DNA of 64,000 bases from Candidatus Omnitrophota bacterium (GTDB lineage: Bacteria > Omnitrophota > Gorgyraeia > Zapsychrales > Fredricksoniimonadaceae), in assembly GCA_037131245.1 (NCBI GenBank), contig JBAXRK010000004.1, forward strand, positions 30,905 to 94,904, written 5' to 3'. Below, one piece after another: positions 32,312 to 43,754 of this stretch; the stretch's first letter is position 1; every line of letters begins with the position of its first letter. A program made the position numbers and the translations under genes. Below the pieces are notes generated by a model, which was not told where the DNA came from, did not search any database, and was given only the letters and a program-made list of their open reading frames with translations.

Positions 32312-33383
32312 AGATATTCTTTTTATGCGCCGGGCGTTGATATTAGCCGGAAAAGGCCGGGGAGCCGTTTCGCCGAATCCGATGGTCGGGTGTGTTATTG
32401 TAAAAGGCCGTAATGTTATTGGCGAGGGTTGGCATCGGAAGTACGGTGGCGACCATGCCGAGGTGGAGGCTTTAAAGAAAGCGGGTTCAGAAGCCAAGGG
32501 CGCCGTGATGTACGTTAATCTTGAGCCATGCGCGCATTGGGGGCATACGCCGCCATGTATTGATGCTGTGATAGCGTCCGGTGTTAAGCGGGTTGTCATC
32601 GCGATGCTCGATCCCAACAGTCTGACCAATGGCAAGTCGGTTAAGAAAATGCGCCGTGCCGGCATTGAGGTGGTGACAGGGGTGTGCGAGGCTGATGCCC
32701 GGGAGCTTAATGTTTCATTTATAAAATTTATTTCTAAAAAACTGCCTTATACGGTCGCTAAGACCGCGCAGACCCTTGATGGCCGGATCGCGACCGCTGG
32801 TGGAGATTCCAAATGGATCACGTCGAATGAATCGCGCGATCATGCCAGGGGGAAACGCCATGAGTATGACGCTATTCTAGTCGGGGTGGGGACTGTTCTG
32901 GCCGATGACCCTTGCCTGGATGCGCCCGGAAAGACGATCACGAAAGTCATCGTGGATAGCCGTCTGCGGATCCCGCTGAATGCCCGGGTTTTGAAGTGTG
33001 CGCCCGCCGGAGCCGTTATCGTTGCCGCGACGCGTCGAGCGCCCGGAGCCAAGGTAAAACGCCTTGAAAAGAGCGGTGTTCGTGTTATTCTTTGTCCGGA
33101 AAAGAACGGCCGGGTCGATCTTTTATCTTTGTTCAAAGCGCTTGCTAAAAACAAGATCGCGAGTATTTTAATAGAGGGCGGCGCGGCAGTGATCGGCAGT
33201 GCCCTTAAAGCCGGACTATTGGATGAGCTGCGTGTTTATATTGCTCCCCGGATCATGGGGGACGTCAGGGCCACCCCATCGATCGTTGGGCTTGATGCTC
33301 GTCGGGTCACACAGTTGAAAGATTTTCATTTGATAGCAAGCGAGCGGCTTGGGCCGGATATTCTTCTTACATTAAAGGCATAA
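32304..33383 (+). CDS. ribD: bifunctional diaminohydroxyphosphoribosylaminopyrimidine deaminase / 5-amino-6-(5-phosphoribosylamino)uracil reductase
   Basis: NPMVGCVIV, HAEVEAL, LEPCAHWGHTPPC, and the reductase half AQTLDGRIAT...LIEGG. Confidence 0.95.
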   Translation: MPEDILFMRRALILAGKGRGAVSPNPMVGCVIVKGRNVIGEGWHRKYGGDHAEVEALKKAGSEAKGAVMYVNLEPCAHWGHTPPCIDAVIASGVKRVVIAMLDPNSLTNGKSVKKMRRAGIEVVTGVCEADARELNVSFIKFISKKLPYTVAKTAQTLDGRIATAGGDSKWITSNESRDHARGKRHEYDAILVGVGTVLADDPCLDAPGKTITKVIVDSRLRIPLNARVLKCAPAGAVIVAATRRAPGAKVKRLEKSGVRVILCPEKNGRVDLLSLFKALAKNKIASILIEGGAAVIGSALKAGLLDELRVYIAPRIMGDVRATPSIVGLDARRVTQLKDFHLIASERLGPDILLTLKA

Positions 33384-33386
33384 TTT

Positions 33387-33971
33387 ATGTTCACAGGGAT
33401 CGTCGAGACGGTCAGTGCGGTTGTATCGCTGGTAAAGAATCAGAATCTTTTTGTTTTGGCTATTAAGAAGCCGGGGTCTTTCAATGATGTCGGTATCGGC
33501 GATAGCATCGCGGTTGATGGCGTGTGCCTGACCGTGACGGTCATGAAGGGCGGGGCTTTTTATTTTGACCTGATGAAGGAAACCCTGGAAGCAACGTCCC
33601 TTAACAGGCTAGCTCCGGGTGTCGAGGTGAACCTTGAGCGCGCGATGAAAGCGGAGTCGCGCGTTGGGGGTCATTTTGTTACGGGCCATGTGGACGCGGT
33701 CGGAAAGGTCAAGGACATCCGGACCTTGCCTAATTATGTTGAGTATCGCATTGAGCTATCCAAGGAATTGATGCGTTATGTTGTTCCCAAAGGATCGGTC
33801 GCGCTTGACGGGATAAGCCTGACGGTGGGTGAAGTGAAGAAAAAATGGTTCTCGGTCTATTTTATTCCGCATACGTTGACGGTTACGACGATCGGCCGTA
33901 AGAAAAAGGGCGATGCGGTGAACATTGAAACGGACCTTTTGGCAAAATATATCCTTAAAGCGAGGAGCTGA
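33387..33971 (+). CDS. ribE: riboflavin synthase (alpha chain)
   Basis: MFTGIVE..., duplicated GDSIAVDGVCLTV / GSVALDGISLTV lumazine-binding repeats. Confidence 0.95.
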   Translation: MFTGIVETVSAVVSLVKNQNLFVLAIKKPGSFNDVGIGDSIAVDGVCLTVTVMKGGAFYFDLMKETLEATSLNRLAPGVEVNLERAMKAESRVGGHFVTGHVDAVGKVKDIRTLPNYVEYRIELSKELMRYVVPKGSVALDGISLTVGEVKKKWFSVYFIPHTLTVTTIGRKKKGDAVNIETDLLAKYILKARS

Positions 33972-33973
33972 GC

Positions 33974-34408
33974 ATGGTTTTAAATATTCAGGAAATACAG
34001 AAGATCATTCCGCACCGGTTCCCTTTTTTGATGATCGATCGCGTGATTGAATGCACGCCGAATGAAAAACTTGTCGCTATTAAGAACGTTTCTGTCAATG
34101 AAGCTCAGTTCCAGGGGCATTTCCCAAATGAAAAAGTGATGCCGGGCGTTCTGATGGTCGAGGCAATGGCGCAGGCTGGTTGTATTTATTTCTATTATTC
34201 AAAAGGGCTTGAAGGCAAGAATATGATCTATTATCTCGCCAAGACCACGGCCAAGTTCCATAAAGTGGTTGTTCCCGGAGATCAATTGCGCATTGAAGTA
34301 AGGACGATAAGGTTATTGCCCAAGCTAGGGTTCCTTGATTGTAAAGCCTATGTTGGTGACGATTTGGCTGTTGAGGCGGAGATCGGATTCGGGGTTAAAG
34401 AAGTTTGA
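33974..34408 (+). CDS. fabZ: 3-hydroxyacyl-ACP dehydratase FabZ
   Basis: LPHRFPFLMIDRV, FQGHFPNEKVMPGVLMVEAMAQ. Confidence 0.95.
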   Translation: MVLNIQEIQKIIPHRFPFLMIDRVIECTPNEKLVAIKNVSVNEAQFQGHFPNEKVMPGVLMVEAMAQAGCIYFYYSKGLEGKNMIYYLAKTTAKFHKVVVPGDQLRIEVRTIRLLPKLGFLDCKAYVGDDLAVEAEIGFGVKEV

Positions 34409-34450
34409 CGTATGATTTATTAGGTGTTAGAATTACCGCTCTTTATTTTT

Positions 34451-34524
34451 CGGGGGGTAGCGCAGCTGGCTAGCGCGCTTCGTTCGGGACGAAGAGGTCG
34501 TGGGTTCAAAACCCGCCCTCCCGA
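34451..34524 (+). tRNA. tRNA-Pro (anticodon CGG)
   Basis: Hand-folded cloverleaf: acceptor CGGGGGG/CCTCCCG, D arm GCGC..GCGC, anticodon stem CTTCG/CGAAG with loop TTCGGGA, T arm GTGGG-TTCAAAA-CCCGC, discriminator A. Confidence 0.9.
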
Positions 34525-34552
34525 CGTTTGGCCGAGAATTCTCGGCCAAACG
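34525..34552 (+). terminator. palindromic hairpin immediately after tRNA-Pro
   Basis: CGTTTGGCCGAGAATTCTCGGCCAAACG, a perfect 28-nt palindrome. Confidence 0.6.
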
Positions 34553-34597
34553 TCCCAAAGCCACCCGGGGCCTGTACTGGGCCCCGGGGCTTTGGGA
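34553..34597 (+). terminator. second GC-rich hairpin after tRNA-Pro
   Basis: TCCCAAAGC..CCCGGGGCC / GGCCCCGGG..GCTTTGGGA, 18 bp with a 2-nt bulge, followed by TGTTTGATTTGTT. Confidence 0.6.
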
Positions 34598-34642
34598 TGT
34601 TTGATTTGTTCGCCTTTTTGGTCCAATCCCATTTGAGGCTTT

Positions 34643-35144
34643 ATGGCAGAAAACCGTAATCCTTTATCTGAAACGCTGGTCGGACTTTCCAGCGTCGTCT
34701 TCATTCTGATCGGGGCATATTTCGCCCTTCCTTCCGCCAAGATCCTTTATGATGTCCATGATTCTCGCAACTGGCCCCAAATATCCGGCCATGTTCTGTC
34801 CTCCAAGGTTGAACGCCGTTGGGCCTCCCGTGGTGACGACCTGAGCCAGGAGTATCTTTCCCGGGTCTGGTTCAGTTACAGTGTTGGGGGGCGGGATTAT
34901 GTTTCAGGGACTCTTTTTTTGGCGCAACCCTGGGGTAAAGATCTGGGTGCGGTCAGGGAGCAGGCGCTTGAATATCCTTCGGGAAAAGCTGTCGATGTTT
35001 ATTACAACCCCGCTGATCCCGGTATGGCGGTCTTGTCTTTCGGTGTTGTGCCTTCGGCGGAGTGCGTGCGTTTTGGTATCGGTTTGTTGTTTATTATGTC
35101 CGGAGCTGTGGCGCTGATCAGTTCATTTGCTAAGGCTCCTTCCA

Positions 35145-35158
<14 letters not shown>
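34643..35158 (+). CDS. DUF3592-like membrane protein
   Basis: N-terminal TM, then WPQISGHVLSSKVERR...YSVGGRDYVSG...YYNPADP, and a C-terminal TM. Family named from recollection. Confidence 0.6.
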
Positions 35159-37959
<2,801 letters not shown>

Positions 37960-37963
<4 letters not shown>

Positions 37964-38844
37964 AAGCCTTGTTGGGTGAGTTCTTGAACTATCTCTCCGT
38001 GGAGCGGGGGCTGGCCAGAAATACGTTGTCGGCGTATGAGCATGATCTTTGTGCTTATGGGGATTTTTTAAAAACGAAGTATGGCTTGAGCCCCGATCAG
38101 GTCAAGCGCGAGCATGTGACCGATTATATGTTCAGTCAGAAAGGCCGCGTGGAAGTCACGTCGATCTGCCGCAGCCTGGCGGCGATCCGTATGTTCCATC
38201 GTTTTCTTGTTCGGGAAAATTATGCTAAAGAGGATCCCACCGACCTGGTAGATACGCCCAGGACCTGGAAGAAAATACCGGATGTGCTGACACAGGCGGA
38301 AGTTGACGCTATGATCACCGCGGCGGGTGGCCGCGGTTGGCAAGCGGAACGGGACCGGGCGATCCTGGAGTTGTTTTATGCCTCTGGCCTGCGGGTTTCG
38401 GAACTCGTGGGTTTAATGGTTGAAAGCATTAATTTGAATATGGGGTTTGTCCGTTGTATCGGTAAGGGTAGCAAGGAGCGCTTGATCCCTGTCGGAGGTA
38501 AAGCGCGGGACGCGGTCGAGAAATATTGTTCTGGCGGGCGAAAGAAGATCCTTAAGGGGCGCAGCGAGGATCGTTTGTTTCTCAGTCGCCTGGGGCGCGG
38601 GATGTCACGCCAGAGCGCCTGGAAGTTGATCAAGCATTACGCTGATAAGGCGGGCCTCAAAAAAAAGATCAAGCCGCATACGTTGCGGCACACATTTGCG
38701 ACGCATTTGCTGGAACACGGGGCGGATCTGCGCAGCGTTCAGGAGATGCTGGGGCACGCTGATATAGCCACGACCCAGATCTATACTCATGTGGATCGTG
38801 AGCGTTTGCGCACGGTCCATAAAGAATTTCATCCGCGGGGTTGA
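37960..38844 (+). CDS. xerD: site-specific tyrosine recombinase XerD/XerC
   Basis: LSVERGLARNTLSAYEHDL, ASGLRVSELVGL, HTLRHTFATHLLEHGADLRSVQEMLGHADIATTQIYTHV. Confidence 0.88.
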
Positions 38845-39770
38845 TGGTGGCCGGGTCAGTACCCAAGAAAATTGAGCTTAAGAAATTGCCGTCCGATATT
38901 TTCCGCCTGCTCGTTGAGGTCGGAGGACAGGCGGATCAGAAAAGGTTGTCTGTTTTTCTGGTCGGCGGCATGGTCCGGGATATTCTGCTCGGGCGTAAAA
39001 GTGTTGATATCGACATTGTGGTGGAAGGAGATGGCATTTATTTTGCCGGAATCCTGGCATCGCGCTGGGCGGGGAAGCTGCTGGCGCATAAAAAATTCGG
39101 CACGGCCGTTATTACCCGGCCAGACGGGGTCAAGATCGATGTGGTGACCGCCCGCCGCGAGTCATATGCCCATCCCGGCGCGTTGCCGGACGTGATACCG
39201 GGGAATATCGCGGATGATCTTTTCCGGCGGGATTTCACGGTTAATGCTGTTTCTGTATCGTTGAACCGCGCTGACTTCGGCCTTATTCACGATGATTTCG
39301 GCGGGTGCGCTGATATTCGCGACGGGCTGATCAGGATCATGCATTATCGAAGTTTTATTGATGATCCAACCCGTATTTTGCGCGCGATCCGCTATGAAAA
39401 GCGCCTGGGTTTTAAATTTGATCCCAGGACGTTGGCGGTTCTTAGGCAGGCCCTTGATGAGAACGCTTTCAGTTCGGTTTCCCCGGTGCGATATTTTGGG
39501 GAATTCAAGCGTATCCTTCAGGAGGAAGATCCTCGCGGAGCGTTACGCCGCCTGGCGTTGCTTGACGGATTAAGGTTTTTTGTTTATGACCAGAACGTTG
39601 AGGCGGCTTTCAAAGGTATTCTTAAGAGCACGCCGACCGGCGATGATCGCTGGCTGCGTTTCTTTTCAGCTTTGATCGTGGCGCTGGATCGCGCCTCAGC
39701 CGAAGAGTTGCTGCAAAGTTTTAATATTCCCCGGCATGAAAAAGCCAGGATCTTAAAGGGGTTGTTATGA
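38841..39770 (+). CDS. tRNA nucleotidyltransferase / poly(A) polymerase family protein (head domain; short form)
   Basis: VFLVGGMVRDILLGRKSVDIDIVVEGD, RRDFTVNA, DPTRILRAIRY. At 309 aa it is shorter than typical CCA-adding enzymes. Confidence 0.8.
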   Translation: MMVAGSVPKKIELKKLPSDIFRLLVEVGGQADQKRLSVFLVGGMVRDILLGRKSVDIDIVVEGDGIYFAGILASRWAGKLLAHKKFGTAVITRPDGVKIDVVTARRESYAHPGALPDVIPGNIADDLFRRDFTVNAVSVSLNRADFGLIHDDFGGCADIRDGLIRIMHYRSFIDDPTRILRAIRYEKRLGFKFDPRTLAVLRQALDENAFSSVSPVRYFGEFKRILQEEDPRGALRRLALLDGLRFFVYDQNVEAAFKGILKSTPTGDDRWLRFFSALIVALDRASAEELLQSFNIPRHEKARILKGLL

Positions 39771-40162
39771 GCCGGATGGACAAGTTGAATCAGCAGTTCA
39801 AGAGAGAGATCGGCACCCTGCTGCTGCTGGGTGAGATCAGGGACCCGCGGGTGGCCTTCGTGACGGTTACTTTTGCCGATATCAGCCGTGACCTGAGTTA
39901 TGCGCATATCGGGTACAGCGTCCTTTCCGATGATCCTCAGGTCTTGCGCGCGGCGCAGGAGGGCCTGGATTCAGCCAGCGGCCGCGTGCGCAAGCTTGTC
40001 GGCGAGCGCATCGGGGTGCGGCATATCCCTGAGATAAGGTTTGTTTATGATGATTCGATCAGCCAGGCGGTCAGGATGGCCAGGACCCTTGACGTGATCA
40101 AACAAGAGCGCGTTGAGCGCCTAACAACGGAAGGCGTTGACGATGGAAAAGAAGATCATTGA
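39767..40162 (+). CDS. rbfA: ribosome-binding factor A
   Basis: DPRVAFVTVTFADISRDLSYAHIGYSVL...GVRHIPEIRFVYDDS. Confidence 0.9.
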   Translation: MSRMDKLNQQFKREIGTLLLLGEIRDPRVAFVTVTFADISRDLSYAHIGYSVLSDDPQVLRAAQEGLDSASGRVRKLVGERIGVRHIPEIRFVYDDSISQAVRMARTLDVIKQERVERLTTEGVDDGKEDH

Positions 40163-41099
40163 GGCGCTCCGGCGCTCAAAACGGGTGCTGGTGACGATGC
40201 ATGTTCATCCTGATCCCGACGCGATGGGGGCGGCTTTGGCGATGACATTATTTCTGCGTTCTCTGGGTAAGGATGTGCGCCTTTACAATGAAGACGACTG
40301 TCCCAATTGGCTGACATTCATGCCGCGCGCGGCCTTGTGCCGGAAGGTTTCCGGCAAGGAGCGCTTTCTTCCGGATACGGCCGTCATTCTTGATAGCGGT
40401 GATCTGGAGAGGGTTGGCAAGGCAGCGTCGCTGATCAAGGCCGGGACGACGGTCATTAATATTGATCATCACCGGACGAATCTGGGGTTCGGTCATTTGA
40501 ACCTGTTACGGAAGAACGATTCATCGACTTCCGAGATCCTTTATCGCCTGTTAAAGCGGGCGGGGTGTGTTTTAACCAAGGACATAGCCATCCTGCTTTA
40601 TTTGGGTATCTTGACAGACACCGGGTCTTTCGGTTTTGATTCGACGACCAGCCGGACGCATGAGGTCATTGCCGATCTGCTGACGTTCAATATTCCGGTG
40701 GCTGATCTTTATCGTAAGGTTTATGAAACGATGCCTAAGGAGGATCTGAAGGCGTTTTTATCGACGATCAACAGGCTTGAGCTTGTTTGTGAGAACCGGG
40801 CGGCCTGCCTGGTCATGACTAAAAAGGATGTGGGGTCTTTTTCCGGCGGGTTTGATATCAGGGATAAGATCTTCGGTTTTCTGCGCGCGGTGAAAGGCCT
40901 GGATGTGATCGTGATCATGACGGAGGCGGAACAGGGTCGCGTTCGGATCAATTTGCGCAGCCGTGGCGCGGTCGATGTGGCGCGGTTGGCCGGAAAGTTC
41001 AATGGTGGCGGCCATAAGAACGCGAGCGGATGTTATGTTGACGGGACTATCGCGCAGGCCAGGTTGCGGATCCTTTCGGCGATCAGGGAGGCTTTATGA
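40137..41099 (+). CDS. nrnA: DHH/DHHA1 phosphoesterase (NrnA-like oligoribonuclease / pAp phosphatase)
   Basis: HVHPDPDAMG, NIDHHRTN, GILTDTGSF, GGGHKNASG. Confidence 0.85.
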   Translation: MTMEKKIIEALRRSKRVLVTMHVHPDPDAMGAALAMTLFLRSLGKDVRLYNEDDCPNWLTFMPRAALCRKVSGKERFLPDTAVILDSGDLERVGKAASLIKAGTTVINIDHHRTNLGFGHLNLLRKNDSSTSEILYRLLKRAGCVLTKDIAILLYLGILTDTGSFGFDSTTSRTHEVIADLLTFNIPVADLYRKVYETMPKEDLKAFLSTINRLELVCENRAACLVMTKKDVGSFSGGFDIRDKIFGFLRAVKGLDVIVIMTEAEQGRVRINLRSRGAVDVARLAGKFNGGGHKNASGCYVDGTIAQARLRILSAIREAL

Positions 41100-41764
41100 T
41101 GGAAGGGATCATCGTTGTTGACAAGCCTTCGGGCATGACATCGCACGACGTTGTGGCGCGGGTCAGGCGCCGTTTGAATATGAAGCGCATCGGACATGCC
41201 GGAACGCTCGATCCGTTGGCGACCGGTGTCTTGATCATTCTGGTCGGGCCTTCAACCAGGCTTTTCGACCGTTTCGTCGGATTTGACAAGGCGTACCTGG
41301 CGACCATGCAGTTGGGTTTGAAAACGCGCAGCGCGGATATTCAGGGGGAAACGCTGGAAGAGAAGCCTTTTGCCGGTATTTCCCGTCAGGACATAGAGCA
41401 AGTCTTTACCAGGTTTACCGGGAACATTGAGCAGCTCCCTCCGATGGTCTCGGCGGTGAAGTATAAAGGCGAGCGTTTGTACAAGATCGCGCGCACGGGC
41501 GTGACGGTAGAGCGCGAACCGCGCAAGATCCGCATTGATGTGCTCAAGGTCCTTGATTTTTCCGCGCCTTTCGTGAAGTTTTGTCTGGATTGCTCCAAGG
41601 GCACGTATGTGCGCCAGGTGGCTGAAGACGTCGGTGATGTGCTGGGGTGCGGTGCTTGTATCACGGAGATCCGCCGGACGAAAGTCGGCCCCTTTGGGAT
41701 CGAGACGGCGGTAACGTTAGAGGATCTTAATGAGACTCATCTTAAACGCTGGCCCGCTGCCTGA
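41096..41764 (+). CDS. truB: tRNA pseudouridine(55) synthase TruB
   Basis: GIIVVDKPSGMTSHDVV, GHAGTLDPLATGVL, QLPPMVSAVKYKGERLY. Confidence 0.93.
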   Translation: MMEGIIVVDKPSGMTSHDVVARVRRRLNMKRIGHAGTLDPLATGVLIILVGPSTRLFDRFVGFDKAYLATMQLGLKTRSADIQGETLEEKPFAGISRQDIEQVFTRFTGNIEQLPPMVSAVKYKGERLYKIARTGVTVEREPRKIRIDVLKVLDFSAPFVKFCLDCSKGTYVRQVAEDVGDVLGCGACITEIRRTKVGPFGIETAVTLEDLNETHLKRWPAA

Positions 41765-42671
41765 GCGTTATAAAAAAGTTGTTGCTGCCATCGGCGTTTT
41801 TGACGGCCTGCATCGGGGCCATCAGCAGGTTATTGCTAGCGCTGTTGCCGCCGCCCGTGCTATAAAAGGCACCAGCATGGTGGTGACGTTCTTTCCTCAT
41901 CCTGTGGCGGTGCTTCATCCGGTGGATTTCAATGGGTATGTCGTTTCGCTGGAACACCGGATCCGCCTGATCAAGGATCTCGGCGTGGATGTTTGTTATG
42001 TCGTTCCTTTTACCAAGGCTTTTTCTCGTCGCAGCGCGGAAAGTTTTGTCAGGGGCGTTTTGAAAGAGCGGCTCCGGGTGGTCAAAGTCGCTGTGGGCAC
42101 TGATTTTCATTTTGGATGCCAACGCCGTGGCTCAACGGATCTTTTTTCGAAGTTCGGGATCGGCGTAGAGGCTGTTCCGATCATTAAATTAAACAATATT
42201 AATATAAAGACTAAATTTATAAAGCAGTTGGTGGCGGAGGGAGATCTCCGTCGGGTAAAATCTTTTCTGGGCCGTGATTACGGCATGCTGGCGGAGGTGG
42301 AACGGGGCCAGGGGGTCGGCCGGCGCCTGGGGTTCCCTACCGCTAACCTGAAGTGGGAAAACGTTATTACTTTACCTTCTGGAATTTATATTGTTCGTGT
42401 TTCGATCGGTGAAAAGAAGTTCAACGGGGTTTTTTATATTGGATCGCGCCCTACATTTGCCGGTCAGCCCAAGCGTGGCGCGCTCGAGGCGCATGTCTTT
42501 GATTATAAAGGGAATCTTTACGGCAAAGTGATCGGGGTTGATTTCTTAAAGAAGATTCGTGACGACCATGCTTTTCCCGACGAGAGAAGTCTTTCGCAAG
42601 CGATCGCCCGTGATGTTCGTTCGGCCCGCCTTTTTTTCATGAAGAATCCTCTCCAGACAATAGCTTCTTAA
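41730..42671 (+). CDS. ribF: bifunctional riboflavin kinase / FAD synthetase
   Basis: AIGVFDGLHRGHQ, GFPTANL, EAHVFDYKGNLYG. Confidence 0.93.
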   Translation: MRLILNAGPLPERYKKVVAAIGVFDGLHRGHQQVIASAVAAARAIKGTSMVVTFFPHPVAVLHPVDFNGYVVSLEHRIRLIKDLGVDVCYVVPFTKAFSRRSAESFVRGVLKERLRVVKVAVGTDFHFGCQRRGSTDLFSKFGIGVEAVPIIKLNNINIKTKFIKQLVAEGDLRRVKSFLGRDYGMLAEVERGQGVGRRLGFPTANLKWENVITLPSGIYIVRVSIGEKKFNGVFYIGSRPTFAGQPKRGALEAHVFDYKGNLYGKVIGVDFLKKIRDDHAFPDERSLSQAIARDVRSARLFFMKNPLQTIAS

Positions 42672-42706
42672 CGCGCGTTTTTCTTAATGCTGCGGTCTGA
42701 CCTGAT

Positions 42707-42746
42707 CCGCCCCTGGCCATGAAAGTGGTTTAGGGCGGTTTTTTTA
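42707..42746 (+). terminator. intrinsic terminator after ribF
   Basis: CCGCCC...GGGCGG stem with inner GGCCAT-GAAA-GTGGTT pairing, followed by TTTTTTT. Confidence 0.7.
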
Positions 42747-42888
42747 TTATTACTATCTCCGCGTTATTCTTTTCTTTTTCCGTTATCTCTTTCCGTTAGC
42801 CTTTCGTCTATTCCATGTCTTTTTTGTCGTCGGAAAACACTCATTATTTTCTTCAATAAAAAAGCGTATCATTTTGACTTTTTCTTTG

Positions 42889-42917
42889 TTGACAGCGCGA
42901 AAGGGGAGGCCTATACT
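42889..42917 (+). promoter_or_regulatory. near-consensus sigma70 promoter of the dcw cluster (TTGACA-17-TATACT)
   Basis: TTGACA at 42889-42894, 17-nt spacer, TATACT at 42912-42917. Confidence 0.65.
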
Positions 42918-42924
42918 TGAAACT

Positions 42925-42955
42925 GTGGTGGAGGGAAGTGGTGGAAAGTGGAGGA
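42925..42955 (+). promoter_or_regulatory. three direct GTGG(T/A)GGA repeats, a candidate MraZ operator
   Basis: GTGGTGGA at 42925, GTGGTGGA at 42938 and GTGGAGGA at 42948 (spacings of 13 and 10 nt). They lie just downstream of the -10 and upstream of mraZ. Confidence 0.5.
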
Positions 42956-42984
42956 CCCTCCGTAAATGTTAAAGGGGTGGCGGT

Positions 42985-43422
42985 ATGTTCTACGGCGAAT
43001 ACGCGCATAACCTGGACACGAAGGGAAGGTTGATCCTTCCGTCGCGTTTTCGTGATGTGGCCCATGAGAACAACATCGAGAAGTTTTATGTCACCCGCGG
43101 CCTTGAGAAGTGCATTTTTATGTTCACGGAGTACGAGTGGAAGATCACGGAGCAGAAATATAAGGGTCTTTCGTTCACAAAGCAGGATAACCGCACCTTT
43201 AATCGCATGCTGTTTTCGGGTGCGGCGGATGTCGCTCCCGATAAGCAGGGGCGTTTTATCGTTCCGCAGTATTTAAAGGATTACGCGGGTATTTCAAAGA
43301 AAACGGTCTTGATCGGGGTATCAAATCGTATCGAGATCTGGGATACCGCGCGTTGGCAGGAGTTCTATAGCAAATCAACCGAGCTGTTTGAACAGACGGC
43401 CGAGAAGATGATCGATCCCTGA
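42985..43422 (+). CDS. mraZ: transcriptional regulator MraZ
   Basis: MFYGEYAHNLDTKGRLILPSRFR and a second SpoVT-AbrB repeat (DKQGRFIVPQYLKDYAGI). Confidence 0.95.
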   Translation: MFYGEYAHNLDTKGRLILPSRFRDVAHENNIEKFYVTRGLEKCIFMFTEYEWKITEQKYKGLSFTKQDNRTFNRMLFSGAADVAPDKQGRFIVPQYLKDYAGISKKTVLIGVSNRIEIWDTARWQEFYSKSTELFEQTAEKMIDP

Positions 43423-43466
43423 GTTTAGAAAGACCGTGGAAACCATTTTTAACCCGGAGGTGCCGC

Positions 43467-43754
43467 ATGATGACGCTCATCCACTCTAAACTTGTTTTCA
43501 AGCATATGGTGGAGTTGCCGCATTGTGAATGCGTCTTCTGCTCCACGCAGGAGGAGTCTACCGGTCGGACCAGGATCTATCTGCTTTTTAAGGAGCGCCA
43601 TAAGGTATATCAGCGCAACGGGGCCAAGGGGAATTGGGAAGAGGTCCTTGACGCGGAAGACCGTCAGCATGTTTGGGAAGGTTTTGAGCAGGCGGTGATG
43701 GAGCGGAAGATCCCCAGTTATGTGGCGGCCGGATCAGACCTTGCCTCTCTATGA
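43467..43754 (+). CDS. small 95-aa protein with an HCECxxC motif, unknown function
   Basis: ORF between mraZ and rsmH. Its stop overlaps the rsmH ATG (ATGA). Contains LPHCECVFCSTQEE. Confidence 0.5.
   Translation: MMTLIHSKLVFKHMVELPHCECVFCSTQEESTGRTRIYLLFKERHKVYQRNGAKGNWEEVLDAEDRQHVWEGFEQAVMERKIPSYVAAGSDLASL

Noticed and set aside
34420-34740. ORFs on both strands spanning tRNA-Pro
   Set aside because: The region is explained by the tRNA and two palindromic hairpins.
42750-42880. Pyrimidine-rich tract with a short TTTCCGTTA direct repeat upstream of the dcw promoter
   Set aside because: The repeat is only 9 nt and occurs twice. There is no hairpin or ORF. It is probably spacer or UP-element-like sequence.
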